A stretch of DNA of 64,000 nt from Xylographa opegraphella (taxonomy: Eukaryota). Below the pieces are notes generated by a model. That model did no database searches, was not told the DNA's origin, and saw nothing but the letters and a program-made list of their open reading frames with translations. Location: the NCBI GenBank assembly GCA_022813865.1, contig JALDZX010000004.1:124001-188000 (forward strand), written 5' to 3'. The translations under genes were made by a program, and so were the position numbers. This document shows positions 12,199 through 25,500 of this stretch, piece by piece. How positions within the stretch are numbered: position 1 is the stretch's first letter; each line of letters begins with the position of its first letter.

Positions 12199-13177
12199 CT
12201 GAAGTCGGCTCCTGACCAAGCGATGGCTATAGGTTGTGAAAACGCATGAGCTAAGTAAGTACGGGCCCATCATGCAAAGTTCAGTGCAAGGGGTAGAAAA
12301 AGAGCACAGAATAGTATTAAATGTTGTTACTTGATTTAGTGTCGACGGAGATATGAAAGTTTTTGGACCGAGGAAAGCACAGCCATTTCGGGCAGTGGCA
12401 AAGCTACGATGTTACTGCAAAAGACAGGCAAGATAATCCGTAATACCTGAATCAAGTAATTTCTCCTGTAAATATGTTTCCCAAAAGAATGTTCGAAGGA
12501 GCTTCCAGAACAGTAAGTAGTATAATAGCAAAATTATAGTGTATCCTAACGAGAAGGCTAGAGGCTTCTCCTTGTCGTCGCCGACCCTTGCCATTTGCCA
12601 TAGCCATAGGCGTATGCAAGGAGCAATTATGGAGCAATTATGGACCATCTTGGGTAACTATACTATTCCCGCTATAGTACTGTGTTCGAGTTAACGATAA
12701 TCTTTCTTCATCAATACTATCGCATTCTCCACTGCTTACTCAATGCTTTTCGACAAAATCCAAAATTGTTTATCGCTGTTGCAGGAGCTTGATGTGCTTT
12801 GAAACTATTTGGTGCGTTATTACAGAGCCTCTGCTTAACCCGGAGGTACAGCTCGCAAGTATAAGCGCTCAAGGAAAATGCATCTGTGTCCAGCTATTCT
12901 TAGCTCTATGAGCCTCGTGTATTACGCAAACATAGAACACAATTTATTTTACATCTGTGCGTTGAGGGATTCCAGACAAGCGTTGGACTTGTACGGTCAC
13001 CAATTCAGTGCCCCCTGAATCGTCAAAAATCTCAAGACTGTTGCCCTCTGATCCAGTTTTTGCTCATCAAGTCATCACAGGCAAGCAGAGCTTCATAGTA
13101 TGGAGCCAAGGAAACGATATTGGATCTATCTAAATGATTTCAAGTCTTCCAATCTGTACCTGGTATGAGAAGTGCAC

Positions 13178-15238
13178 TCAGGGCAGATGTATCGTGTTAA
13201 ATAAACGGTTTCCCGTATCCGTCGTGCCACTGCCAGTGAATTTGGTGGATGAAAGACGAAGTGTGATGAGATGAATGTTGGGATACCGCGCAAGTGTCTG
13301 ATTGAGACTGCCTCCGGAAAGGCACTGATCTTGTACGACGCCAGCGACGACGACGATACGGATAGTAGCGTGAAGCTTGCGAATGTGCTGCACAAATTCG
13401 ATAACCGTCTTGCCAGTATTGACTACAGCATCGACTAAAATCACTGTGAGCTGCCCCTGCAAATGATGGAGCTCGACCTCGTCAGCATCAGCAGCATGGA
13501 CGAACATGGCAAGCGGGAGGGCGTCGCTGACGCCAAAGGCCATCGGCTCTCCGCCGCGCATTAGTGCCACGATCGTTGTCTGTCGTTCGTGCAAAAATTG
13601 GTAGCCCGTTGTTTGATGACCTAGGACATGCCGGATTGGAGGCTGTTCGAGACCCATCACATCGGCCAGGAACTCGAGCGCCAGATAGTATCCGACACGG
13701 CGATGTGATTCCCTCAGGGCCGGGCCGGCGACGGCTGCATCGCGCATCGTTGTTGCGAGCAGCTTCGTCGCGTTCCTCTCCGTGGCACAAATAATATCAA
13801 GACCATCATGTGTAGTCCGGTTGCCTAGGAGAGAAGTCACGAATTCGGGCTCGGTGAGCTTGACAATGGGAAGTTTGGTAGAATCCAGTCTTGGCGAGAC
13901 ACTGCTTGGCAATACAGCCTGGCATGCTTGCAAGCCATCATTGTCGATGGCGCTGATCAAGGCAGCATCCATGGTCTTACTCCGGGTTTGCTCCCCACCC
14001 ACCACAATAATAGCTTGGTCTGCCTTGCACAACATGTCCAGGTCGACTGGACTATCACCAAACGCCCAAACATGCAAGTGGTGGAAATCCTGTAAACGAG
14101 CAACCAAAGCACCCTTTACTGCCGGCGAAATGACAAACCCATCGCTAATGCGTCCCCCACCAATGACCTTTACCTTCTCCGATAGCCCTTCTCGCTCCAG
14201 CACCTTATCCCATACACGACGTAGCCCGCATGTGACCACCACTGCGCCAACATGCTTCTGCTCTGTCACAAGTTGCAAAAGGGACAAAATGTCGGGATAC
14301 ATGGCCACCTCCAATGCCACATCGTTGCAAAAAGTATCGAACTCTTCGTCGGTAGTGGTCTCCTCGTATAGCAAAACCGCCTGACGAAAGGCCGTGTGCG
14401 AATAACTCAAAGGCCCGCTGAATAACGCATTCAGGGTAGATGAACCAGTTTTCTCTGGCCACAAGGTGGAGAACTTCTGCCAGAACAACGCGCCTGCATC
14501 CGCTGCAGCCATTGTCTTGTCGGCGTCCAAGACCAACATTGTCTCCAACTGGTTTCGGCTGGCACCAACGATATCGTCCAGCCTTCTTTGGGCTTGATTC
14601 AGGTTGTAGTTCTCGGAATGGTGCCTGAAGTCGTGTAGCAGCGTTGAGACTTTGTTTGAAAGCGTCGGAATTGGATTTACGAGCATAAATAAAATGCCAT
14701 GACAATGGCAGAGATTGCGCAGCTCTGTTTTCTCCTCCTTCTGCCATCTGCGTAAATGACTGACTGGCGGAAGCGAGCGACTCCTTTGAGTGTCATCTAG
14801 ACAGCGTTTCTCAACAAGCTCAGCGGGTGTGTCCAAATAAAGGATGTGCGTAAAAACCTGGAAGTCATTTGTTGTATGTACTGGCATTCCCACGTCCTGC
14901 TCCTTTGACCAGAACATGAAATGGCCCGTCACAACTGCAACCTTTCCGCTGTCAAGAGATTTCTTTCCAATTGTATCTACAGCACGCCCGCGCCAGTATG
15001 CTTTCTCTTGCTCCTCCATGTTCTGGAAAGCAGTAAGGCCGCCAGGAACCACAGTATCTATCATTCGTGAGCCTTCGTAGAACGCGAAGTGCGTCTCTCC
15101 AAGCTCCTGCTCCAGTTGGTTGAGCAGAAACGTTTTGCCGGAGCCTGGAATTCCGTACAAACCGACAACTACAGGTTTGTCGTCAGAAGCAGAGCGGATC
15201 TGAGGAACTGTCATTTGCTTTTGCTGAGGTTTCGCCAT
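13178..15238 (-). CDS. Trifunctional P-loop kinase / HAD phosphatase / uracil phosphoribosyltransferase-like fusion protein, intronless
   Basis: Walker A GIPGSGKT. HAD motifs LDADKT, VVTCG, FGDSPVD. PRTase motifs ALMRGGEPM and ILVDAVVNTGKT. UPRT-like C-terminus GTTDTGNRLFNT. Confidence 0.9.
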   Translation of the reverse strand: MAKPQQKQMTVPQIRSASDDKPVVVGLYGIPGSGKTFLLNQLEQELGETHFAFYEGSRMIDTVVPGGLTAFQNMEEQEKAYWRGRAVDTIGKKSLDSGKVAVVTGHFMFWSKEQDVGMPVHTTNDFQVFTHILYLDTPAELVEKRCLDDTQRSRSLPPVSHLRRWQKEEKTELRNLCHCHGILFMLVNPIPTLSNKVSTLLHDFRHHSENYNLNQAQRRLDDIVGASRNQLETMLVLDADKTMAAADAGALFWQKFSTLWPEKTGSSTLNALFSGPLSYSHTAFRQAVLLYEETTTDEEFDTFCNDVALEVAMYPDILSLLQLVTEQKHVGAVVVTCGLRRVWDKVLEREGLSEKVKVIGGGRISDGFVISPAVKGALVARLQDFHHLHVWAFGDSPVDLDMLCKADQAIIVVGGEQTRSKTMDAALISAIDNDGLQACQAVLPSSVSPRLDSTKLPIVKLTEPEFVTSLLGNRTTHDGLDIICATERNATKLLATTMRDAAVAGPALRESHRRVGYYLALEFLADVMGLEQPPIRHVLGHQTTGYQFLHERQTTIVALMRGGEPMAFGVSDALPLAMFVHAADADEVELHHLQGQLTVILVDAVVNTGKTVIEFVQHIRKLHATIRIVVVAGVVQDQCLSGGSLNQTLARYPNIHLITLRLSSTKFTGSGTTDTGNRLFNTIHLP

Positions 15239-17232
15239 TGGACTTAGTAAGTTGCTTGCTTCGTTATTGTACTTGGTAGGTACCAGGTCAAACCTGTCGT
15301 TGTTCTAAGAAGTGGGAATAGGAACCTCAGTTGAGTGATCGACCAGAAATCCCGATCGTAGCTGTAGCCGTAGCTCTGTAAGACGAACGCAAATGGAGAG
15401 ATAGCAGCACTGGTTATAACCTCCAATTTCCGGGCTGCCCTATGTTTTCTAAGCAAAGCAAATGACCCGATAAGACGAACAGACAAATAAAATCCGCATC
15501 AACCAGCTCGGAATGTTGCAGAACTTTGCAGCAGCAGCAGATTTGTTTGCTCGCATGCACTAGGCCTCAACAGTGAACCCCGGTAGAGACCGCGAGGTGT
15601 GAAAGGGGCAAACAGCAGAGCCTAGCAGATGAAATAAATCGACGTCACACGCGACCGAAAGTTTTGTCCTGACCCATTTGGACTGACTTTATTATACTTC
15701 CAATTGCGTATCGTGGTTGACTCTCGTATATGCCAGGAGCACGTCTCTACAGGAAACAAGCACTGGTCATTTCCATCGCAGTAGACAATCAACTTTCCAA
15801 AAGCAACCGGGTCAAAACGGGACGGAAAGCGGCTTCGTCAAGCTTCCAGTGACTATCCGGGCAGTATTTCAGGGAAGTGATATTTGCGAGCATATACGCA
15901 CATCCAAAACCACCGCAGAAGGTAACAAGCCGCGTAACTTTTTGAACTGGAACCACATGTTACCGAGCTCGACTTCTGGAAAAGTGGACACCGGAGCTTT
16001 ACTGATCTTCTGCCAGGGTGCTCTTGCGTTTCGGCAAGCCTAACTCCTCCAGACATAGATCTCTGCATCACATGGTAGTGATAAAGTATGGTTGCAAATG
16101 AGAGAGAGATCCAAAGTTCAATTTCATTGTATGACGCATGACGTTGGTCAGGAATGCGAAGGTCGAGGACATACATTGATTCTTCCGGTCAGTAGCAGAT
16201 GCAATGGCAATGGTCCAGCTAGAAAGTGGCAGTCTTAAGACAGCGCGACGCGAAAAGATACGGAACCTAGAACAGAGCGGGGTCGAGCTAGAGGGAGAAA
16301 AGCCGACTCGGAGGAATGAATAAATGAAAGGAAGCCGAAGGAAGTGATTGATACGTCGGAGAAGAGAGTTGGGAGTCCTCCGTCCATCTTCAAACATCGA
16401 ATGAGAGACTGAGTAAAGGCATTACGCTTCTCCAAGATAATCAATTGGCATCATGTGGAGCACCTACACGATCTTCGTGGTGCAAATCAATGGCTGATCT
16501 GTACTAAGCATTTACGACTCTCGCAGTTGTAGGACCAAAGGAGCTCCTTTCAGAACCAAGCTGTCTCAGTCAACAAAGTCAACAATATTTTCTACCCAAG
16601 CCATCTCAGACCCCGAAATGCAGGGCGAGCATGTGCGAGCTTGCGTCGAAGGACTTATATCTGAAACCTTCGGCGTGCTCAAGAAGATAGAATGCGTCTG
16701 TCCGATATAGGACCGCTCAGTTCCAGCATGAAAATAGCAAAAAGTACCGACATTTTGTGTAGTTATTGTATCTCGTAGGTGGAGACGCTCTCAGTCCATG
16801 CAGACAGTGTAGCCCCGCAGAAATCGCTGTCTTTCTCACAAAACCGATATCCCACGTCTTGAAATAGCTCGACGGCAATACTTCGGTCAATATAATGACG
16901 TGTTGAGAAGCACTGAGGGCGATATAAGTTGAAGCATGAGCCGTGAACTGAGGTTTATATCTATAACCCTGGATGTTGATGGTTGCTCAAAGTTTCCGAG
17001 GGTCTGCTTTACGGTCTGTAAGGTAGTGTCAGCCAACCAGAAGCCAACCAGATGATCTTCAAACATACAAATGCCCCATCACCGGTGGCAAATTCTTCTG
17101 TACCGATATCCACTCGTACTCGTCTCTTGTTCTGCGCTTCATTCTCGAGCGGTCTCACGCACGGAAGTTTGCATGGGGTTTGATGACTGCCAGCATGCAA
17201 GTTTTGTTTTCGCCGATCCCCAAGACAAACCG

Positions 17233-18369
17233 CTATCGTGGGGGCGGAGCATAGATCATTGAATCTGGGGAAACATATGCCCCACTTGCGGGTCCGGCGT
17301 GTCTCCTGATTAATTCTTCCCGACCTTTGACCTCCCGCTCGTTCTGCATTATGACACAGCAGCAGCAGCAGAACGACTTGATGCAGTCGTCTACAATATT
17401 GCCATTCAGCTTGTAAAGCTTCCGAACTCTGGTATGCTGTATTAACGCGAATATCCCTGTTCATACTATGAGCATGTCGAGTTTCTCGCAACGCGCCATA
17501 ATCCGCTACTTACATTGAAATCCACATGCGGCTGCCATAATACCGCATGCGCCGTTGAAAGACTCGTATCCAAGGAGATCAGTAGCTTCTCGTCTCTGAG
17601 ATTTCTGCGCCAGACGATATTGTGTTTTGCCATAGACCATGCAGGGACAGAACAGTCCCGTACAACACAGAGTGTCCAGCTCACATAACCTGTGCTTCCA
17701 TTCGGGTTGTATCGCAGCGTTGGGATGCGAGACCTGACCTGGGCGATGGTTCTCGAGAGCGCCGTTCGGGCCGGTGATAGAATACGGATTGTAGATCGGC
17801 GTTTTGGGGGTGAGCTGCGATTGGCGTAGATCTTGCTTATGATCGCTATCAGTGCCATTCGGGAATGACGTTGGTAGAGCCGCCTGTACAATACTACCTC
17901 CTCTGGTATGTGACAGCTCAGAGGACTTCGACCGGGGGGTTATCGCGGAAAGCTGATATAGAGTGGACGCTGAATGAGACTGGGAGGGTGACGCTTCAGC
18001 ATAAGGGGCAAAGTGAGCTGGATGGACTTCGTCGATTGGGACCGCATTATATGGCGAGTCTACTCGAGTGGGAATAATCTTCTCTTCAGGGAACGGAGAC
18101 AGTCTCTGGTTTTCAGATATGTAGGGCGTCGATTGCTGCGTAAAGGGCGTTATAGGAGACTCATCGATGGTCGAATTTGTTGGACTTGAAAATTGTTGGA
18201 AGACCTGAGGCTGCGCGAAGACCTCCGAGTGCGCCAGAACCGGTGTTTCCGTGTATGAGAAACGTGAATTAGCATTGAGATTTCGAGTTTGCAGTGGGCC
18301 AGTGGATGTCCCTGCGCCAGCATGCCGGAGGTTTCGGGGAGCGGACGTAGGAAGTTGTCTGTTCGCCAT
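17233..18369 (-). CDS. PLAC8-family Cys-rich protein with a disordered N-terminus
   Basis: WKHRLC..CCTGLFCPCMVYGK; second exon RVRKLYKLNGNIVDDCIKSFCCCCCVIMQNEREV. Intron 17513-17457. Confidence 0.9.
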
Positions 18370-19053
18370 TAATCTTTACGAGGTCGATTCGATTATAGAT
18401 ACTTGGTCTGCGTTGTTGTGATCAGCGCGCATTCATTATGCTTACGACTGTAAGATCGCTTTCCTATGGGTAGATACCTATAGCTATTTATCGATGAAGA
18501 CTATAGAGCTGTGAAAGCTTCCTATAGACTGGGCTGTTTGTAGCATGCGAACAACGAAAGAGAAGGGCTGTGCCAGAACTGACAGTTCAATTAATCTCGA
18601 TCGATCTCACGTACTCACATTGCTGCGCAGCTTGTGCAGCTCTCAGGCACAGCACAGGATGCCGCCAAAGCGGCAATGTGATTGGTGTGACTGCCCCTTA
18701 CCATCGACCACAGCGCTTATGCCGAACAAGTCACCACTAGTTAAGGTAGGTCTTCTCAACTGTCCGGAAACAACATCCTTCTATGCCTCCTTTTTTTGTC
18801 ACTACAATTATCATGGGTAAAGACGTATTAGGTGAAGAACACGTAACACAACGGTTTGTAGTTTTGTAGTGTACATTTTTATCTACAATTGTGCAATCAT
18901 ATGGCAGTTTTGGCTATGTACTACGAAGCCGCTAAGCAAAAGAGTCGAGCCGGTAGAAGGCACGACTTGGATAGCTTCATTCTCACGGATGGCTTCGGTG
19001 CTACCGGTGAGCAATGCAACGGTGGCGAGTACAGGTTGGCGGCCGAGGCAACA

Positions 19054-20138
19054 CTAAACCTGTGATCGCTGTGGATCAACCGTGCCCTTAGCCTTCGCTG
19101 TTTCTGGGCCTTCAGGCTTCTTAGGTGTATCCGGTTGAGATATGGGATCGCTCGAATGCTTGGTGTCAGTGTTTGAGACTCCCTCTTGCTTTCCAGACAT
19201 CGTGCTCTGACTTCCAGCGGCTTTCGCTGTTGCGGCCTAATTAGTTCTAGATTAGTTCTCCCACTCTCCACGACACATAGGGAACTGAAATTACCTTATC
19301 GCCTTTGTCGGGCTCGCTCTCCTCTGATTTATCGGGACTTTGGCTATGGCCGTAATCACTTTCTATCCTTTTCTTATTATAGCCCTTTGCGTCGGGTATG
19401 TGTTTGCGTGTATCACCAGCGGGACCGTCCTTAGTTGCACCCTTGCCACGAACACCTTCAACATCGTCTCCGGCTTCCGTCTCGTGGGCAGTATTTTCGG
19501 GATCTTTGTTGCCTGATGGATCTGGACTACCTTGCTTTTCTCCATCGGTACCGCTAGGAGGAGAATCATCGGACTTCTCGCCGTCTTCATCGCTAGAACT
19601 AGACTTGGCTGTTTCACCCTCGTCCGAACTTTCTCCACTATCCCCAGCTTTCTCTCCCTCATCATGATCTGCATTTTCTTCGTCTTTACTCTCGTCGACT
19701 TCACCATCAGCGCCCTCGGTACCTTTACGTGCTGCCTCAAAATCCTCATGCGATTCATCATTACCAGGCTCGTGATGGGAGGGTTTGGCAGGACCTTCCT
19801 GGAGAAGATACCAACACGAGGGAACAGTCACTGCAATAGAGCCAGCTAACCTGTAAGCATGGTCAGTAAACTCATAAATCTAACATAGGGTAGAAGAGCT
19901 CGAGCTACGATTGAGTAGCAATATAAAAGGAGTTGTATAATAAGCAAATTTGTACTGGCCAGCTTACTCACCATGGGAGATCACTCTTCGCCTTCTCGGA
20001 GCCATGATCGCCCCCACTAGCATACGTTCTTCGCTGCACCTGCTGCCACGATTGTCGGAATTTCGAACTGCGTGCAACATGTGTGGTTCGGTGTCGGATC
20101 AGGGCGGCCCATGACGTAGGACGCCTGATGAGTGACAT
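19054..20138 (-). CDS. Hypothetical protein with a mitochondrial-type presequence, one hydrophobic segment and an acidic low-complexity tail
   Basis: Exons 20138-19972 (MSLIRRPTSW..QRRTYAS..SDLPW), 19850-19295 and ~19237-19054 (SGKQEGVSNTDTKHS..KGTVDPQRSQV*). Canonical splice sites. Confidence 0.8.
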
Positions 20139-20623
20139 TCTGCAACCTTAACAGCGGCGAAATCGATGGGCAGGACGGACTGAAGTGAGGGTACACCGCT
20201 CACAAGTCAATGCTTGGATGAGAGACAGTAGCGTGTTGTGGAAAGCTTGCGAGAATTGGTGGTTGGGAGAGCTCGGAGCTCTTAGGACTACGGTACTGCA
20301 GCCGATCCTTGCCAAGACCTTAGCGAGCTCTCGGTGTTCATCCTCCGTAGTCTGATGTGTGTTGAGGATGATCTCGTTGCCTCCCTACTCAAGCCTTTCT
20401 CCAGAAATGAGCTTGGAAAAAGCATGGATGTGTCAGAGTAGCCTGTATTTGAACCATGATAGTCTTGCTGCCTAAAGCACTCAAACACCCTGTGATATTT
20501 TCTGAACTGCGATTAATCGGCGATTTCTTGTCACGACTTGTCGACGGGCTAGGACTCTTAAAATCCTTAAAGCGCAATCCTGGATCTCTATCCGACCTGT
20601 ACAGTGAGAATTGATCATTCAGT

Positions 20624-23600
20624 ATGGCGTCCGGTACTCAGCGCCAGAACTACACTGCAAGTGATGTAATATTATTACTACCTAAATTTGGGGATCTTGA
20701 CTCCGATATCCGATTCATGTCACTGGTGGACCTTTGCAACATACTCAACGCAGGTCCACCAACATTACTACAGAATGATTACAACACTACAGCGAAGGTA
20801 ATTGACTGTCTTCTGAAGTCTTTAGATGACACCAACGGCGATGTCCAAAGTCAAGCTCTCAAGAGGTGAGGGAGGACAGAGAGTTCTGGCCCAGACATAA
20901 CTGATAGTCATCAGCATCGGCCCTCTCGGACTTAAGGCACCACCCGAAATCCTTTGTCCGTTCATGGAGAAACTCACAAATCTTGAGACAACCAAGTCCT
21001 TGGACAGCTCAATACCAGCTACCGCTACACGGACTCTTGTCGTCTCGTTTCCCCGCCCTGTGACTGGTATTGAGCCCTCAAAGCCCGCTCGAGATGCATA
21101 TAGTGCTATAAGCAAAGTTCTTATTCCTCGGCTGTTGGGTTATCTCGTGATTCCTCATGGTATCAAAGGACTACCTGAACCTCCGCGAGGGTTGCTTGAG
21201 ATTGACCCCGAAAAAGGGACGAATGTTGATGCGGTTGATCTTTTGTATGAAACAGTGCGGTGCTTTGGTCCAATGCTTCAAGACGTAGAGAAACAAGCTC
21301 TTCAGAAGAGGCTTACTGAGATTCTGGACGATGACCACACTGGCAACATCGTGAAGAAGAAGGTAGTAACGGTAATATCCATTTTAGCTCTCTATTTTTC
21401 AGACAATTTGCTTAATAAATTCATATCAACCACCACGGATCGCTTCCAAGACCCTGATTCAACGCCCGAAAAGCGACGCTTGCTCATTTCAATGCTTGGT
21501 TCCGTTGCTCGGTCTATCCCACGCCGACTGGGACCATATATCCAGCACCTGGCCTCATACGTCTTGCATCCTCTTAGCAGAGATTATCCGAACTCAGATT
21601 TTGAAGATTTCGACGAAGACGGGGCTGGAAATCAAGCAATGGAAGACGTGAAGGAAGCAGCGTTGATCACCCTGGAGGATTTCCTTGCCTCCTGCAGCAA
21701 TGAGATGAGGCCGTTCACAAGCGAAGCTTTAGATGCTGGTCTACGTTACGTCGTGTATGATCCGTCAACGGCTTTAGATGACGAGGACGAAGAAATGGAC
21801 GAAATGCAGAGTGATGACGGGGAGGTGAACGATGAGTTTGGTTTAGAAGACGAAGACTTTGAGGAAGACGCAGCTATGAGTGAAGGAGATGACTCTAGCT
21901 GGAAGATTCGACGTTGCGCAGCAAAAGTTCTTTACACCCTCATTTCGACCCGAGGAAGTGGCGATCTATTGGAAAATGGCACTCTCTATGAGCGGGTAGC
22001 TCCTATCCTCATAAAGTGCTTCAAGGAGCGCGAAGAAAGTGTAAGGCTTGAAATACTATCGACTCTCGCAGCCTTAGTACGAAAGACTGGTGAGGCCGGA
22101 TCGGCGATGACTGCTTCTCACGATGATGAAGGCTATGCATCCGGATCACAGATCGCAAATTCACGGAAGCGGAGAAGAGGAGGTTCCGATGCAAGTATGT
22201 TCGATACTAAGGTCCCAATGTTATCGAGGGATATGGTGTCCCCTACAGAATCTCCTTCCCCAACTTCCGGTCCTTGTGCAGATTTAGCACGGCTAAGTTC
22301 TTCGATTGTTCGTGGTGTTGTGAAGTTGCTCAAGCAAAGCTCCATAGTGACAAAGCAAGCGACTGTTACACTTTTGAAAGACTTCGTCCTTGTCCAGCAT
22401 GGTGGTCTTACAGAACATCTCGGACAAATAATCGATCCTTTGATGGACGCAACAAGGAGTTCAAGCACTTCATTTGGCGTACATGGTATCATCTCTTCTG
22501 GTGGAGCCGCATCAGCCACCGGGAATCCCCTACGTATCGAAGCTTTGGAATTGTTACGCGCGATATGTGACACTCATGCGACCAGATATCTTGGACCTTA
22601 TATGGCTCGAATAGTACCGGGGATGCTCCTTGCGGTCAATGACAAATACCCTAAAGTCTCAGGAGAGGCGATAAGTGTGGCAGAAAGTGTCGTAAAGAGT
22701 ATTACACCACCTAGGTCGTCTGGATCCGAGGGTCAGCTGCAAATTTATCTCGAAAATATATTCGACACCGTGTTGGACGTCGTACGTGCCAACGAGACGG
22801 ACCTTGAGGTAAGGCAAAGCGCCATTCATACGCTCGGGACTACATTAGCAAGGTCGTCCGGATCCAACACGAGCAAGCTTCTCCCTGCAGCGAAGCGTTC
22901 GCAAGGTATGGACGTTTTGCAAGAACGCTTAAAGAATGAAACTACTCGCGTTTCTGCAATTCAAGCAATTGATAGTATTGTACAGTCGTCCATGTACAAG
23001 GAAGAGCTCAGGCCTACTTGGGTTCAAGGAATATCCCTAGAGCTGGCTGGACAATTACGAAAATCTGACAGAAATCTGCGTGCCTCTAGCTTGGTGGCCT
23101 TGAAACACTTGACGGGTAACCCAGCGGCACTTGAATGTCTTGATAATAAGACAACTGAAAGCGTTGCTGAATTGGTCCTCCCTGTGATTGAGGTTGACTC
23201 CCTGGGTCTTTTAGGCCTTGCAATGAGTGTTACTGCAGATCTTGCGAAGCTGAGACCGAGAGAAGTAGTGGAAAATGACTTGAATCGCGCCCTTTGTGCC
23301 ATTGTGGTAACACCTTTGACTGGGACTACGCTGGAAGGCTTCCTAGGGTTGGTAGAAGCGATTGGTACTTCAGGAGCTGGTCAACCATTGATGCATATGT
23401 TGTTGAGGGATGTGGGAGTCAGTGGTGATCCTGGTATTGTTGGATCGGCCATCGGCACTCTCTTAGTATCTGGTGGATCAAGTGTTTTGGTTAGCATAAC
23501 GGACATTATGAAGGAACTTCGACATGCGCAAGACGACCAACGGAAATGCTTAGCACTCTCCATTCTCGGAGAAGCTAGCTTGCGGCTGAAACAATCCTCA

Positions 23601-24836
23601 CCTTTGCAGCCAAAAGACTTCCTGGAACACTTTAATTCAAAGTCAGACCAAGTTCCTCGAGCTGCAGCGGTGGCTTTGGGTCGGGCCGGTGCAGGTAACA
23701 GTACTGTCTACCTTCCGATCATACTAGAGGGAATGGAAAACTCAGAGGATATGCAACTTCTCCTTCTACACTCTGTCAAAGAAATTTTACAATATGCTAA
23801 TAAATCTTCTATCGACCTCAACAGCTACACAGCCGAAATCTGGAAGAAGCTAATGAAAATATCCGAATCAGAAGACAACAAGGCGATTGGAGCTGAATGT
23901 GTAGGCAGATTAATTAGTATTGAGCCAAAGAGATATCTGCCGTCGCTCCAGGTACCGTTGCCTCTGCGTTTTCTTCCAGTAGTAGATTGGCGAAGCTAAC
24001 CATCATTAGGAGTATCTGCAAGACCCAGCACCATCAGTTCGTGGTATGGCCATTCAAGCTCTCCGCTTTGCTCTGACGGATGCCGACGAGACTTTCGACG
24101 AGGTGCTCAAGCCTCTACTCACCCAAATGCTTTCAACCATGTTGAATGATGCTGAGCTAGAAAATCGACGCTTAGCGTTGATTACTTTGAATGCAGCGAC
24201 CCAGAATAAAGCAAATCTCGTCCTTCCCCATCTCTCGCAGCTACTACCACTGGTTATGAAAGAGTCAGAGCTAAACCCCACGCTTGTGCGTGAAGTACAA
24301 ATGGGCCCTTTCAAGCATAAGGTGGATGATGGGCTTGAGATTCGAAAGGTACATACGCATTGGTTCGTTGAACTGAACTTCCTACTGACTTCTCCCAGAG
24401 CGCTTACGAAACTCTCCATGCTCTTATGGAGACTGCATTTCCGCGAATGAGCGCTTCAGATCTCTTCGATCGCGTCGTTGCTGGTCTTCAGGACGACCAT
24501 GAAATCCGGATGCTGTGTAACCTCATGCTCACCAAGCTAACTGTTCTGGATCCCGAAGAAACCTTGCGTCGCCTCGATTCCATTGCCGAGCGTTACCAGG
24601 GTATCTTGTCGATCAAACTGAAGGACAACGCGGTAAAGCAAGACGTGGAGAAAGCGCAGGAAGCCAACGTGGATGTGTTGAGAGTTACTGTTCGCCTGCA
24701 AACTGCTTTTCAGGGTTCGCTGAGCTCTACTGGGCATACCTCAGCGCAGATATGGAAAGCATACCGGGAGTGGGTTGGAAAAGAGTTCAAAACCCAACTG
24801 CAAGCCGCCGAGTCGAGTGTGAAGTTCCAGCGATGA
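20624..24836 (+). CDS. CAND1: CAND1/TIP120 cullin-associated NEDD8-dissociated protein, full-length single gene
   Basis: [69 protein letters not shown]. Exons 20624-20865, 20915-23951, 24010-24348, 24399-24836. Confidence 0.97.
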
Positions 24837-25500
24837 TCAGAGATGTACATTCGCGTTGTCGAGTGGCATGGATGATGTTTGGACGACATTGCATAGCATA
24901 GCGTGCATTGATACGGAAGTAGGATATGAATGCCACATTATGTTTGGACTGACCATCCGCGTAGTCGTATTTAGACCATAAAATACTGTCACTATTCGGC
25001 GACAGGCTGCACTAGGATCTGAGCGGAATGTGAGTGATAGTGCTCCGTCCCAAAAGAACCTGATGTGCTCGGTTTCTCCCACATGTGAAGCACCGACGTC
25101 ACTAGCGTCCCAAGGCGAGTCCAGTGCAGGCAGCGCCTCTATCGTGCAACCATCGGACCCCTTCCCCACATTACAGTACACAGCAGTCCAGCCACGGATG
25201 ACGCTGCGACGAACCTGTGACTTTCTGCAAGACGGCTTCTATAATGTCCTCTGTTGCACCGAACGTAACCGCGAGATAGTGAGTGGCGTTTCTTGTTCGC
25301 TGTGCATCCTAGCCAGCACACTGTCCAGCACCACGCTTGCTTCTAACGTCAATCTCTGCTTTATGGATGCGCAAAAGGCACCATTGTTGTGTGCGATTTG
25401 AGCCTTGTAGATACGCTGATGCTAAAGATATTACAGACGGATCGTAGTTGCTCTCTTTAACTTCTGACGCCCTCCCGCTCTCTTTGTTTGGTGGATATCA

